A stretch of 64,000 bases of DNA from Chiloscyllium plagiosum (Eukaryota): positions 52,506,608 through 52,570,607 of the forward strand of contig NC_057719.1 of the NCBI RefSeq assembly GCF_004010195.1, given 5' to 3'. The notes beneath the pieces were generated by a model that saw nothing but the letters and a program-made list of their open reading frames with translations, was not told where the DNA came from and did no database searches. Made by a program: the position numbers and the translations under genes. Positions 52,554 to 64,000 of this stretch are shown in pieces (within the stretch, counting starts at the first letter, position 1; each line of letters opens with the position of its first letter).

Positions 52554-53625
52554 CAGAGTAGTGATAAACGACTCCATTTTGGAATGGCAGGCAGTGACCA
52601 TTGGGGTACTGCAGGGATCAGTGCTGGGACCGCAGCTCTTTACAATATATATTAATGATATAAAAGATGGTATTAGTAATAACATTAGCAAATTTGCTGA
52701 TGATACTAAGCTGGGTGGCAGGGTGAAATGTGAGGAGGATGTTAGGAGATTACAGGGTGACCTGGACAGGTTAGCTGAGTGGTCAGATACATGGCAGATG
52801 CAGTTTAATGTGGATAAATGTATGGTTATCCACTTTGGTGGCAAGAACAGGAAGGCAGATTACTACCTAAATGGAGTCACGTTAGGTAAAAGGGCAGTAC
52901 AAAGAGATCTGGGTGTTCTTGTACACCTGGCAATGAAGGTAAGCATGCAGGTACAGCAGGTAGTGAAGAAGGCTAATAGCATGCTGGCCTTCATAACAAG
53001 AGGGATTGAGTATAGAAGCAAAGAGGTTCTTCTGCAGCTATACAGGGCTCTGGTGAGACAACACCTGGAGTACAGTGTGCAGTTCTGGTCTCCAAATTTG
53101 AGGAAAGACATTCTGGCTATTGAGGTAGTGCAGCGTAGGTTCACGAGGTCAATTCCTGGAATGGTGGGACTACCTCATGCTGATAGACTGGAGCAACTAG
53201 GCTTGTATACCCTTGAGTTTAGAAGACTGAGATGGGATCTGATTGAGACATATAAGATTATTAAAGGATTGGACACTTTGGAGGCGGGAAATATGTTTCC
53301 ACTGATGGGTGAGTGCCGAACCAGAGGACACATCTTAAAAATACAGGGTAGACCATTTAGGACAGAGATGAGGAGAAACTTCTTCACCCATAGAGTGGTG
53401 GCTATGTGGAATGCTGTGCCCCAGAGGGCAGTGGAGGCCCAGTCTCTGGATTCATTTAAGAAAGAGTTGGATAGAGCTCTCAAGGATAGTGGAATCAAGG
53501 GTTATGGAGATAAGGCAGGAACAGGATACTGATTAAGGATGATCAGCCATGATTATATTGAATGGTGGTGCAGGCTCGAAGGGCAGAATGGCCTACTCCT
53601 GCACCTATTATCTATTGTCCATTGT
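52554..53625 (+). mobile_element. Young CR1-type LINE (distinct subfamily), 5'-truncated with uninterrupted RT C-terminal frame
   Basis: GVLQGSVLGPQLF, KFADDTKLGG, WQMQFNVDKC, LYRALVRQHLEYSVQFWSP open to the stop at 53532; 3' UTR ends in ctattgtc-type repeats. Confidence 0.95.
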
Positions 53626-53679
53626 CTCCCACTTCTGAAGACTTGCCAATCTCACAGCTGATCATATTCCATCATATCC

Positions 53680-54360
53680 TTATTTAGTCTACTCCAATTG
53701 TCCAGAGAACAGCATGCAAGGATTATGTGGCACACTCTGTCTAGAATGTCTGGAAAATAATTTCCATACATGAGCGAGAATCAGAACCTCACCTTGAGGA
53801 TGCCTATTATCTGGTCCACAGTAGCCTCAGTAGAAGAATGGGCTGCATTGTATGTTCAAATGGGAGAAATTTAGGACTGCAGATGCTGGAGATCAGAGGC
53901 AAAAAGTGTGGTGCTGGAAAAGCACTGCAGATCAGGTGGCATCCAAGGAGCAGGAGAGTCTATGCTCGAAACATTGTCTGTCTTGCTTCGCAGATGCTGC
54001 CTGACCAGCTGTACATTTTGAATCTGCATTGTATGTTCGCTTGGCCTCAGTCAGAGAAAGAGGTTGGTGTCATGGAATCATCAGTGGTTGGAGAAGATAG
54101 ATCTTGTATCATAACCCCATCTGAAAAGGCTTCTAGTCCTTGAAATGAACCAGGAACTTGAGAATTATAAAGGATACAGGCATCATGGCAGCTTTCAGGA
54201 TACCTGGTATAGATCTCTGAGATGTGATTGCAAGTGTCATAGATGAGTTGGGCATTGACTGAATGGAATCCTTTCCTATTACTGAAGTTAAACACATTAA
54301 GATATGGTGGTCTCAAAGTGATGTGTGTACAGTCTATTCCACTGTGTCCCTGGAATACTC
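53680..54360 (-). pseudogene. PIF/Harbinger (HARBI1-like) DDE transposase remnant
   Basis: IDCTHI, NRKGFHSVNAQL, YPESCHDACIL; after removing the 53858-54038 insert, TEAKRTYNAAHSSTEATVDQIIGILKVRF*...RVCHIILACCSLDN. Confidence 0.85.
53858..54023. mobile_element. Fold-back pLTR mini-element inserted into the Harbinger transposase
   Basis: 15 bp TSD ctgcattgtatgttc (53843-53857 / 54024-54038); ctgcagatgctggagatcagag... followed by an inverted partial copy. Confidence 0.85.
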
Positions 54361-55045
54361 TAGCAGATACACAAGTTCTATGATAGTGTCACATGACATT
54401 CTTGTTTGGTAGCAGCACTGTGCCTTGCATATCTGGATGACACTACGGACTGTGGGCTTCCTTCAATTTCTCTGTCTCCTGAAGGGGACTTTCTGCAGCA
54501 ATTCTTGTTTGGAGCAAGTGGATCTTGAACCATAGCCACCTGCCTCAGACGTAGGGACAGTAACACTGCACAACAAGACCTTCCCTCCAGCAATTCTTTG
54601 CATGGGACTTGTTTGGCGGCTGTTGGAGGTTTCGGCAGATCCTTGTTTTGTAGACATACATGTTCCTCCTCAATTTCTGTGGCCATTCATGGTGCAGTGG
54701 CCATAATGACAATCACCCCTGTTGTGGTTGGAGCCATTGGTGACAATTCCAATGAGTCTATGTGAAGAATGTCAGGAAAAAAAAATCAGTAATGTATCAA
54801 TCAGCAGTCCCATCACATATAAGTGTTGACAGTTTATCATTGTCCTCAATACAGTGGGACAGAGAGGCTCCTGAGAAGGAGGGTCATGGGATTCCACTAC
54901 GTGGACTTTTAAAACAGTGTTTCTTCTGTTTTATTTGTTCACGGAATGTGGGTGCTATTGGCTTGGACAGCATTTATTGCCCATCGTTAATTTCCCAGAG
55001 TGCAATTCAGAATTGTTTCATGCTTCTGGAGTCACATGTAGGTCA

Positions 55046-56205
55046 GAGGTTGAGCAATTCATCAACTTCACCAACACATTCCACCCCGACCTTACATTCA
55101 CCTGGACCATCTCTGACACCTCCCTCCCCTTCCTGGGCCTCTCCATCTCCATTAATGATGACCTACTTGACACTGACATTTTTTACAAACCCACCGACTC
55201 CCACAGCTACCTGGATGACGCCTCTTCCCACTCTACCTCCTGCAAAAATGCCATCCCATATTCCCAATTCCTCCGCCTCCGCCGTATCTGCTCCCAGGAG
55301 GACCAGTTCCACCACAGAACATACCAGATGGCCTCCTTCTTTAGAGACCGCAATTTCCTTTCCCACGTGATTAAAGATGCCCTCCAATGCNNGGTCTGGT
55401 CCATGCCCCCCCAAACAACCCCCCCCTCCCATCCTGGCACCCTCCGCTGCCACTGCAGAAATAGCAAAACCAGCGCCCACACCTCCTCCTTCACCTCCAT
55501 CCAAGGCCCCAAAGGAGCCTTCCACATCCATCAAAGTTTCACCAGCACATCCACCAATATCATTTATTGTATCTGTTGCTCCCGATGCGGTCTCCTCTAC
55601 ATTGGGGAGAGTGGATGCCTCTTCGCAGAGTGCTTTAGGGAACATGTCCGGGACACCTGCACCAATCAACCCCACTGCCCCGTAGCCCAACATTTCAACT
55701 CCCCCTTCTACTCTGCCGAGGGCATGGAGGTCCTGGGCCTCCTCCACCGCCGCTCCCTCACCACCCAATGCCTGGATGAAGAATGCTTCACCTTCCACCT
55801 CAGAACACTTCAACCCCATGGCATTAATGTGGACTTCACCAGTTTCCTCATTTCCCCTTCCCCCACCTCACCCCAGCTCCAGCCTTCCAGCTCAGCACTG
55901 CCCTCATGACTTGTCCTACCTGCCTATCTTCCTTTCCACCTATCCACTCCACCCTCCTCTCTGACCTATCACCTCCATCTCCACCCCCAATTCACCTATT
56001 GTACTCTATGCTACTTTCTCCACACTCCCACCCTCCTCTCATTTATCTCTCTACTGCAGGCACTCTGCCCCTATTCCTGATGAAGGGCTTTTACCCGAAA
56101 CGTCAATTTTCCTGTTCCTTGGATGCTGCCTGACCTACTGTGCTTTTCCAGCACATCTTTAATCTGGACTCTGGTTTCCAGCATCTGCAGTCATTGTTTT
56201 TACCT
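55046..56205 (+). mobile_element. Penelope-like element, 5'-truncated: RT C-terminus, GIY-YIG endonuclease and pLTR
   Basis: FHPDLTFTW, LPFLGL, FYKPTDSHSYL, IPYSQFLRLRRICS, NIIYCICCSRCGLLYIGE...FREH, PVAQHFN, LRTLQPHGIN; NN assembly gap at 55391-55392. Confidence 0.95.
56071..56110 (+). ncRNA. Minimal type I hammerhead ribozyme motif in the pLTR
   Basis: CUGAUGA (56077-56083), A, GGG-CUUUUA-CCC stem II, GAAA (56097-56100), palindromic ACGU stem III, GUC cleavage triplet (56102-56104); stem I weak in this copy. Confidence 0.75.
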
Positions 56206-56261
56206 ACGTTCTGGATTACTAGTCCAGTGATATTACCACAACACCAGCACCTCCCTGTTTT

Positions 56262-57162
56262 AAATAGGGAGACAAAGATAAAAGGTTTACATGGGAATGT
56301 TGGGAGCCAAAAGCTGATGAGATCAACAGGGACTTCAAGGCAGGAAGGAAAGTGAAGGTTTACCATGGATTGGGGGGGGTGGGGAGTGAGTTGGGAAGCA
56401 CCCAGAATAACAGGTGAAGCTTGCAACTCTGTCTCTCTCTCTCTCTTTTTCTTTCTTTCTCTTGTTCTTTCTCTCTCTCTTGCTCTTTGTACAGCACTGT
56501 ATTGCCTTCTATCATCATCTGAATCACAAATACACAATGAGAATGAAAGATATCTAATAGCACATCCAGACTGGATGGAGCAAGATTGATTTTTTGTGGC
56601 TTCAGAGTGTACTCTACGTGTGTGAGGTCCTTCTAGGCATTAATCACACACAAAGGAGATTTTAAATTCGAAAGGATCAATGACACTATGTCCTGTTTCC
56701 CCGATATCCCACATCACCCAAGAAAAACAGCATTGCATGTAAGAGCAATGTTTACACTTCAATATTTCAGGAAAGCAGCTCCAGACTCTAGAGCACCCTA
56801 TGATTCCTTGGCATGTGTTTGAGAATTGTGGACCACAGGTTATGATTACTTCTGATTCACAGAAATTACTGGGATTAATTTGTAATGATCAATTACTAGG
56901 TCAGCTTGATTTTAATCTACATTGTTGGTCAATGCATGAAGTACACCTGCAGAATTGTGTAGCTGCAGTTGTCTTTAATCTGGAAGCTGTGAGTGTGTGA
57001 TTAATGCCGAGAAGGACCTCACACACGTAGAGTACACTCCGTAGCCACAAGAAATCAATCTCGCTCCATCCAGTCTGGATGTGCTATTAGATATCTTTCA
57101 TTCTCATTGTGTATTTGTGATTCAGATGATGATAGAAGGCAATACAGTGCTTATAAAGAGCA

Positions 57163-57193
<31 letters not shown>

Positions 57194-57378
57194 AAAAGAG
57201 AGAGAGAGAGACAGAGTTGCAAGCTTCACCTGTTATTCTGGGTGCTTCCCAACTCAACCCCCCCCCCCCTCCCAACCTTCACTTTCCTTCCTGCCTTGAA
57301 GTCCCTGTTGATCTCATCAGGTTTTGGCTCCCAACATTCCCATGTAAACCTTTTATTTAAATCTTTTTCTCCCTATTT
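56262..57378. repeat. Long inverted repeat: ~390 bp arms (56262-56651 / 56993-57378) around a 341 bp spacer
   Basis: Arms align directly in reverse complement, including the (ct)-rich tract; the ORF track shows mirrored peptides (MLLDIFHSHCVFVIQMMIEGNTVL on both strands). Confidence 0.95.
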
Positions 57379-59039
57379 TGACATCTAAGCCACAGGCTGA
57401 CAATTCAGTTAGGCCAAACACCATAAAGCACTGCTGCCCTCCTCCCCAAACCACCAAAGGCAGGACACCAACAATAACCTAACTTCCTCAGTATGCCGTT
57501 CCTTCCCATGATCCATCGTTTCCCATCTTCATATATTGAGTTACCCACTGTCAGTATCAGCATCACAGCATGCTACCTGTAATCCTTAGGTTTGACTTCC
57601 CCAAATTCCTCACGGTAGCAATGCCTCCTAATAAACCCTCTTCACTTTCAGTAACCAGCCCCACTAAACTGACTGTGCTCCAACCCTGGACCAATTTGTA
57701 ACAACAGCCTCAACTGATGATTGATCAGATTCATGACTGATCTCTGTGCAAGTCTCTGGCTGACTTACCATTACTGCCTTGACTGGTTGTATTGAACTTG
57801 CAGGACTGACCATGGCCCATTCCTCAGGCTGGAATGAAATAGAACCCTGGAGTCTGATGGCACCCAAATGTTCAAATGACCCTAATCAAACCACTGGACT
57901 GAGATTGAATGATGCCTTGACTGAGTGTAGCAGCACCTCCTAACTGACAACAGCCCACTTTGATTTGACAATGGACTACTCCCCTTAGACATTGAGACGT
58001 AGTATTAAGTTGGACCACATGTAATCGGATTCACACATAAGTTACAGGTGCACACTGTAGGTGTGACAGCACAGTGTCAGACTGCAACATGTTCACCCCT
58101 TGACAGTTCATTGCTGTCAAAGATAACAAGCTGCCTGGCTTTGTCTGTTACAATAGCAAGGTCTGATAGAAATACTATGATCCTGTGCATTCTGAATGAA
58201 GAGGCAATGTATTAAAAGGGAAGATAAGACAGAGATGCTGTGAACACACACTTGGATGCACAATGAGTGAATACTATGGAAGCCTGCTAAGAGTCCTGTG
58301 ACACACACTGTTCTGATGCTTGAGATGGGAGCCTGTCCTTACGTATAAAGTAGCCTGACAGCAGCATTATAATGTAAGGTGTCAGCGAGCTCCAAAGTGC
58401 AGTATTGAAATGCAGATCTGTATATTAAGTGAGACTGAGTTCTGCCAAGGTGATGTGGTGAGCCTGGTGCTTTGCCACCTCCTGTGGTTGGAAAGTACAG
58501 GCAGTTAATGCCAGTGGAGTATGCCCTGAGATGTTGGGCAATGCCAGACAAGATGGGTGTCCGGAGAGTACAAAGGTGAACTGCAGCCAGTTCTTTGATT
58601 TTTGTGCTGCGATGTGATCTGATTGAGTTTGTTTTGGCTACCTGTGTAAATAGCTACTAGCATATAAATGAGGTGAAAGTAGGTAATAATAAGACACTAA
58701 TGGATACAAATAGGCCTGTCAGCGCTCATTAGCAAGATTCACAGATTTTGTTTTCTTAACATTGAGAATATTATTTTCCCATTCTTGCCTTACCTTTCCA
58801 GCAGTCTCACTATGACCCACTTCACTCTGAGACTGGGAAAATTCTACTCTCTATCTCTCCTTCTTCCATTTAAACACTGTTCAAAACCTCTTGTGATGAC
58901 TAAGCTTTTCGCCATTTGTCTTAAAATCACCTGATTGTGATTGGATATGAATTTCTCTTTATAACATTCCAGTGCAGCACATTCTGTCTTTTGTAACATA
59001 AAGACCATTAAAGTTGTTGTTGATGTATTTAGGAAAGAA

Positions 59040-59700
59040 AACTGAGGAGATGCAATATAAACATTATCATTTAATATTTAAGAGGTTGCAGGAGCTGAGC
59101 GGTTATCTTAAAGTCTACAAATCATTGAAAGTGGTCAGATGAGTTGATAAAGCTGTTTAAAAGGTGTGAGGGTTCTCAGTGTTATAAATGAATGCATGGA
59201 ATTTCAGGACAAGGAAATTGTTCTCAACCTTCATAAATTACTGGGAAGTTTTCAGCTGGGGTGTTGTATCCAATTCAGAGCAGTACTCTTTCAAAGGAAT
59301 GTCGAGGAAAGAGTGGAAAAAGTCTGGGAAAGAGAACTAATTGAATGGTACCACGGAGGAGAGACTGGAAAAACTCACTTAAAACAAAGAATGTTAAGTG
59401 GAACGTTGATGTTCAGCGTTGTAAATAGTTTTCATGAAGTAAAAAAAAGATATAACTAATTCCAGTCACTTATGAACTGGTAACAGAGGACACAGATTCA
59501 AAGCAATCAATAAAGGGTCAGATATGCGATGACAAGCAATATTTTATGTAACCAGTTATGATGATCTGGAATGCATTACCTGCAAGGGTAATCGAAACAG
59601 ATTTAGTAGTAAATTTCACAAGGAAATTGGATGGATACTTGAGAGAAAATTGCAAGACTAGTTTTGTACGATGGGACAAATACCTTTGTTCTGTGCTGTA
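59040..59700 (+). mobile_element. Very old CR1-type 3' fragment
   Basis: gttgtatccaattc, aacagaggacacagattcaa, tctggaatgcattacctg, aggaaattggat in CR1 order. Confidence 0.65.
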
Positions 59701-59893
59701 AGGGCCTATGTTCTATTACAAATATGAATCATGTCTATAAACCAAACAATTTGTAACACTTCACATTCAAGAATGGATATAGCTCTGATTATCTTGAGTT
59801 CAAGATCAAATTTTAACTCAACTGCAAAAATTTACATATGCAGCAAATATTCAAACTGCATTATAAGAATACAATTCTTGTTTGTTTTTGCAG

Positions 59894-59969
59894 TACGAGT
59901 CTGCCACTGACATCGATGTATCCGTTATTAACTTCAACTCTGCAGTCAACTTCAGATGCAAAATTATAA
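59894..59969 (+). CDS. Candidate terminal coding exon, most plausibly (F)TSLPLTSMYPLLTSTLQSTSDAKL*
   Basis: Strong acceptor ttcttgtttgtttttgcag; local CpG enrichment; joins 44324-44382 in frame; alternative frame stops at 60037 (YESATDID...INHL*). Confidence 0.5.
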
Positions 59970-60136
59970 TGTTTCTGATGAAGGACTATTTTCCTGCCCA
60001 GATTGATAGTCTCCCCGCTGTGATCAATCATCTTTGAGACAAGATGTGAAATACTCTTATCAAAAATGATTATTTCACTGCCAAAATGGACAACTGTTCT
60101 TCTATCCAATGAATCTTTCTTTGCAAGCATGGAAAT

Positions 60137-60142
60137 AATAAA
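60137..60142 (+). terminator. Candidate polyadenylation signal AATAAA
   Basis: First AATAAA downstream of the candidate terminal exon; a second occurs near 60568. Confidence 0.35.
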
Positions 60143-61327
60143 TGTATGGTTTATAAAGAAAGCTTCTTTAGCTATAGAGCATGTCATCAGAAATATTGCA
60201 AATGTTTGTGAATGTTCTTTTTCTCATCTGAGTAACAAAGTTAGCTTTAAATGTTTTACTGGAGGATCACTGCAGTTAATGGAACAGAAAAAAGTATAAC
60301 AGTAAAAGATCAGTATAAGAATCAAACTAATCTCACGTCAAAACTATAATGCATTTGTCAGAGGAAAGAGTTATTCTACATGCTGCATCTTGTAAAATCA
60401 TAAACATGTTCTTTTGGAATTTACTTACAATATTTCTACATGTAGCCACTAGAATAGTTAATTACCTAACACACCCTTCTGTTTCATTAGTACAGCATTT
60501 CACTATGTAATAGAAGTCTTTCAAAATCCTAAGTCAAATAATTGAATGTAATCCAAATCACCAGACCAATAAAATGGAAATGTTTGAATTTGGATGTTCA
60601 CTTCATCAAGTCATCATCTTTGAATGAATGGCAGGGAATGCAGGTAGGAGTTAAGTGTGCAAGTGCTAATAAAGCAGATGAGCAGACTTGCAGTCTGGTC
60701 TAATCTGTGAGTTGCGTGCCTGTCCCTGTGCTCAAAGTGTCCTTGCAGAAACCTTTTCATGCTAGTTGCCAGTGTACCTTTCAATGCAAGTCTGTTCTTC
60801 AGAAGCCCACTTTAAGCGCATCAAAGAGGGGTTGTTGGATGCGACTTGCCAATATCTGTAGAAGAAGGTACATGCAGCTGCTGCCCATAATTCAAACCCA
60901 GGACTGTGGTTTGGTCGCAGGCAACATGGAGGTCATTTGGAGGATGTGTTGAGCTGAATCAGCCAAGTACCCATTCTAGTTTTCATGTCAAGTGTTCCTA
61001 GCATCCAGCTTGTTTGGTGAGTTTGGTCAGATAGAAAGCTAAATATTACTGAGGTGAGTTCTCCCATCAACAAAGCATTTGACACAGAATAATCCACCTT
61101 AATCCAACTTGCTGCTGCCTAGTGAGGAACTCATCATGCCACTTGTGAGAAACATTAAAGTTGGAGCAAGTTGCTCTCACCACTGAGATGGACCTTTCCG
61201 AACTTATTGACCAATTCTGCTATACCTCTTTCCATAGCCCAAGTCACTTGGAACCCTGTAAGATCTGCCCTTCAATTCCAAATATCAGTCAGCCTAACAT
61301 GAGTGAGACAAGGCAGTGACTGTTGAA

Positions 61328-61434
61328 GGTAAAAACAATGACTGCAGATGCTGGAAACCAGATTCTGGATCAGTGGTGCTGGAAGAGCACGCCTGTCCTC
61401 GGATGCTGCCTGAATTGCTGTGCTCTTCCAGCAC
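61328..61434. mobile_element. Short fold-back pLTR mini-element (ribozyme core deleted)
   Basis: 14 bp TSD cagtgactgttgaa (61314-61327 / 61435-61448); arms gtgctggaagagcac / gtgctcttccagcac. Confidence 0.8.
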
Positions 61435-62659
61435 CAGTGACTGTTGAAAGCAAATTGCTCAAAACGGGCATCTGATAACCTTCGTGAATAACAGGGGGTA
61501 TTGTTTAACTTATATAAGATCTGTATATATCCCCAATATATATTCATCAAATAAAACAGCCATGGCCAACAAAAGAGATGAAGAATTACTTAAAATTTAA
61601 ATAAGAGCATAAAGTGTAAAGAATTATGCAGAAGCAGAGAATGAGGGGAGATTAAATGGCAAAGGAAGGAGGAAAAGGTGCAAAGAGTATATGGAAAGAA
61701 AGCTTTGAGTGATATAAATATTGACACAATACCTTTTTGCACTTACTGCAACTGATGTGGGGAGTAAAAATTAAAATGATCCTTTAAAACAGTGATATTA
61801 TGAATGAATTCAGAAAATGGCAACCTCTAGCAACAAGCAAGAAGAAACTGGATCTGCAGTTCCTCTCCACATGTGGAAGGAGTACAGGAGGTCCACTGTC
61901 CTTTATCTACAATGCCACAAGTAAATAAAAAGATGCCATTTCCACCAGATAAGCAAGGCCATTTCTACAACAGGCTGAAGATATCCCAGGACACCACATG
62001 TCACCTGCTGCAGCAGAACTTGTGACCTGAAGGCATTGGTGGCCAATCTATCTTGATCAAGGTGATAGCTGCACTAGATATTTATGCCACTGGCTGCTTC
62101 CAAGGAAATGCTGGGGACCTGTGTGAGCTCTCTCAGTTTTTGACCCACAAATGTATTAAAGCTGATATTAATGTAATTTGTGCCAGGTCACATCACTTCA
62201 TTTAATTTCCCTGTGACCAGGTCAATGCTACCCAGGCTTTGTTAACATAGATACCTTCCTATTGGAACAGGGCACTATAAACAGTACACATATTACATTG
62301 ACAGCTCTTTATTATACACTTCATCAACAGAAAAGTGTTCCATTCCATCAATGTGCAAGTCATCTGTGATCACCGGGACCAAATCTTAGAAGTCTGCATC
62401 AGATATCCTGGGAGCTGAACTGATGCCTAAATTCCTGAGAACTCCTCATTTCTGTCTTCATTTCACAGGCCAAATGCCTTTACAACTATGTCTGATGACT
62501 CCGCTATGCCACCACTTGACTAAGGCTGAGAATAGGTACTTGTGCAGTCCGTTCTTCCACCTGAGCTATAGTGGTGTAGACCCCAGGCCTCCTGAGTCTG
62601 TGGTTCTGAAGCTAGAATCTGTCAGGGGAGTTGGGATAGAGAGGTGCCTTGCAGAATAG

Positions 62660-62905
62660 TATAGAAAATCTGAGATGAAGAGAAATGTTTTCTCTGAGAG
62701 AGTGGTGAGCCTGTGGAATTCTCCGTCACAGGAAGCAGTTGAGGCCAAAACATTGAATGCTTTCAGGAAGAAGATAGACATAGTTCTTAAGGTTAAAGTG
62801 ATCAAACAGTTGAAAGCAGGAGCAAGTATTGTGTTGTATGATTAGCCATAATTGTATTGAATGGTTGCGCAGCCTAAATGGCATACTTCTGATCCTATTT
62901 TCTAC
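62660..62905 (+). mobile_element. CR1-type LINE 3' end
   Basis: gagatgaagagaaatgttttc...ctgtggaattctc...gaggccaaaac...ttgaatgg. Confidence 0.75.
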
Positions 62906-63519
62906 GTTTCAACACGCCCAACATGCTGTACTCTCTACAACTGGAGTGGCAAAGAGGGGATGTGTAATCCACTGAGAGATTGTGGTATTATGGCGCCTTG
63001 GAATTTTGCGTGGTTGTTGAACCTCTTGCAATCCCCAATCTCTAAGGGACAGTATCTGTTTTGAAGGTCTAAATGGATTTTATTTCAAAACTATCTTAAA
63101 TCAAATCTATATCTGAATACTGGAGAGCATTCTTTCGAGGATGAAATTGAGGACATTGAGTAAGAGGGACATTGCTTCACTACGATAGAGTTGCAGCGTT
63201 GGGTACAACACACTGAACAACATTTATTTGACACTTAGTTCCAATAGTTCTAGATGAATTTCATGGAATATTGCATTGTAGTAATGTCAGGAAAACCTTA
63301 AACAGTGATAGATATAAGAAGAGATAACTATGGGGCTGACTTGATAGGGCAGTTAAAAATAGGAACAGGATTCTTAACTTAACAGGGGAATAGAGAACAA
63401 AACCGAAGTTATGTTAAAATGTTTTAATATCCCACCTGGACTATTGTGGTCAACAGTAGACACAATACTGTGGAGAGGTTATCCAAAAGATTAACTAAAA
63501 TGGAACTAGAAAGTACACA

Positions 63520-64000
63520 TTATGCTGTTGGAGGTAGTATATTGGGTTGGACTGAAAATTGACTCATGGGCAGTAAAGAGTGAGTGGGAATAAGAGATTC
63601 CTTCAGGTTGATGACTGGTGACTAGTGGGGTTCCACGGGGATCCATGCTGGGACCACAACTATTTACAAAATATATTAATGAACTTGGAGGAAGAAAGTA
63701 AATATATTGCAGCCAAATTTGTAGATGATACAAAAATAGGTGGAAAGACAAGCTGAGAGAAGGATGTAAACCATCTAAACAGAGATATTGTTAGATTTAG
63801 TAATTAGGCAAAAAGTTGACAAATGGAGTATAATGTGGGAAGATGTGACATTGTTCATTTTGGAAAGAAGAACAAGAGAACAGTGTATTATTTAGACAGA
63901 GAGCAACTGCAGAAAGCTGCAATAGAAGGGGACTTGGGGGTAATTGTGCATGAAATGCAGAAAGCTAGCAGACAGATGCAGTGGGTAATCAAGAAAGCAA
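63520..64000 (+). mobile_element. CR1-type LINE RT fragment running off the window end
   Basis: Decayed VTSGVPRGSMLGPQLFTKYINEL and KFVDDTKIGG motifs. Confidence 0.85.

Larger units (their letters stand above)
54930..56255 (-). mobile_element. Family 2 SINE split by a Penelope-like insertion
   Basis: Tail piece cagcatttattgcccatc...gagtcacatgtagg (54930-55047) and head piece tctggattactagtccag...cctccc (56210-56255). Confidence 0.7.

Noticed and set aside
52456..53532. 358 aa ORF as a host gene
   Set aside because: It is a 5'-truncated CR1 RT with unrelated flanking sequence fused at the N-terminus.
54762..55964. Overlapping 200-330 aa ORFs on both strands
   Set aside because: Only the PLE frame has motifs; the others are shadows of C-rich sequence, and the region spans an NN gap.
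58330..58850. Additional Harbinger Myb/SANT remnant
   Set aside because: Only vague similarity; diagnostic Trp and QC-K motifs are not recoverable.
59861..60187. 108 aa minus-strand ORF
   Set aside because: No convincing splice sites on that strand; it is the antisense shadow of the + strand candidate exon.

Overview
Repeat-dense eukaryotic genomic DNA, almost certainly from a shark or ray: it carries three HE1-type V-SINEs and their partner CR1/HER1-type LINEs. There is no CRISPR array, rRNA or intact tRNA. Most of the window is a layered transposon landscape: many 5'-truncated CR1-clade LINEs, a second tRNA-derived SINE family, a Tx1-type 3' end, two Penelope-like elements (PLEs, with GIY-YIG endonuclease), a decayed two-ORF PIF/Harbinger transposon, and weaker DIRS-like and hAT-like remnants. 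About ten short PLE-terminal-repeat (pLTR) mini-elements occur, several flanked by 9-15 bp target-site duplications (TSDs), several folding back on themselves, and most carrying minimal hammerhead ribozyme cores (CUGANGA-stem-GAAAC-GUC). A ~390 bp near-perfect inverted repeat lies at 56.3-57.4 kb. A few small + strand candidate exons (best at 44324-44382 and a terminal exon from 59894, with AATAAA at 60137) suggest the window is the 3' part of a large-intron gene I cannot name, and the reading frame is unresolved. Repeat boundaries are approximate unless a TSD is quoted.
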